Source: Octopus sinensis
Lineage: Eukaryota
Assembly (NCBI RefSeq): GCF_006345805.1
Contig: NC_043003.1
Location: 52,514,001 to 52,578,000 of the forward strand
DNA: 64,000 nucleotides
Reading direction: 5' to 3'
Shown here: positions 63,181 through 64,000 of the stretch, piece after piece
Layout: each line of letters starts with the position of its first letter
Numbering within the stretch: the stretch's first letter is position 1
Notes under the pieces: generated by a model
The model's database searches: none
The model's input: only the letters and a program-made list of their open reading frames with translations
Told to the model about the DNA's origin: nothing
Made by a program: the position numbers and the translations under genes

Positions 63181-64000
63181 TCAGGCCATATCCCGTGGCC
63201 CCTACCTGGGACGTAGTCGATCCACCTGGGCATACCTTCCTTCTTGTGACACTTGTGAAGACCTGCTGAGGCAAGTGAAAATCAATCAAAATAGATGAAC
63301 ATCAATGGAATTTGTATCTTTGTGGTACCAGTGCCTGTGGCACACAAGAAAACCATCCGAACGTGGCCGTAGCCAGTACCGCATCGACTGGCCTCCGTGC
63401 TGTGGGAACATGGTGGCACATAAAAACACCATCCGAAGACCCGGCAAGACTAGTCAGGTCATAACCCGTGGCCCCTACCTGGGACGTAGTCAGTCCACCT
63501 GTACATACCTTCCTTCTTGTGACACTTGTGAAGACCTGTTGAGGCAAGTGAAAATCAAAACAAATCAAAATAGATAAACATCAATGGAATTTGTATCTTT
63601 GTGGTACCAGTGCCGGTGGCACACAAGAATCCATCCGAACGTGGCCGTAGTCAGTACCGCATCACTGGCCATCGTGCTGTGGGCACATAACAAACACCAT
63701 CCGATCGTGGCCGTTCGCCAGCCTCATCTAGCACCTGTGTCGGTGGCACATAAAAACACCATCCGAAGACCCGGCAAGACTAGTCAGGCCATAACCCATG
63801 GCCCCTACCTGGGACGTAGTCAGTCCACCTGTGCATACCTTCCTCCTTGTGATACTTGTGAAGGCCTGTTGAGGCGAGTGAAAATCAAATCAAATCAAAA
63901 CAAATCAAAATAGATGAACATCAATGGAACTTGTATCTTTGTGGTACCAGTGCCGGTGGCACACAAGAGAAAACCATCCGAAAGTGGTCGTAGCCAGTAC
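63165..64000 (+). repeat. Tandem array of the LINE 3' end (units start 63165, 63438, 63768; 273 bp, 330 bp, third runs off the window)
   Basis: GACCCGGCA(A/G)GACTAGTCAGG(C/T)CATA...CCCCTACCTGGGACGTAGTC recurs three times. Each unit includes the last codons and stop of the LINE ORF. Confidence 0.92.

Noticed and set aside
63165-64000. CRISPR-like or independent satellite interpretation of the terminal repeats
   Set aside because: Units are long with no unique spacers and begin within the LINE ORF end; the context is eukaryotic with no cas genes.

Overview
AT-rich, repeat-saturated animal genomic DNA. The SINE/LINE families suggest a coleoid cephalopod, most likely Octopus (inference). The only host gene found is BRCA2 on the minus strand: six GT-AG exons (46002-46073, 36263-36386, 30328-30486, 17232-17411, 14624-14774, 12481-12590) splice in frame into the end of the helical domain, OB1 and OB2/tower of the DNA-binding domain. 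The flanking exons were not found, so the rest of the window is probably intronic. The introns hold a near full-length, twice-frameshifted RTE-type LINE (60200-63180) with a PHD-like finger inside ORF2 and a tandemly amplified 3' end. They also hold many truncated RTE copies, three tRNA-derived SINE families, mariner, DD37D and pogo-like elements, piggyBac- and hAT-type non-autonomous elements, and two Helitron relics. The most notable signal is a set of about ten type I hammerhead-ribozyme motifs of the Penelope/retrozyme kind, with short palindromic stem III. They include a young 0.9-kb non-coding element carrying two identical inverted hammerheads (51851-52767) and several fold-back insertions. 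All calls were made by eye; no searches or folding computations were run.
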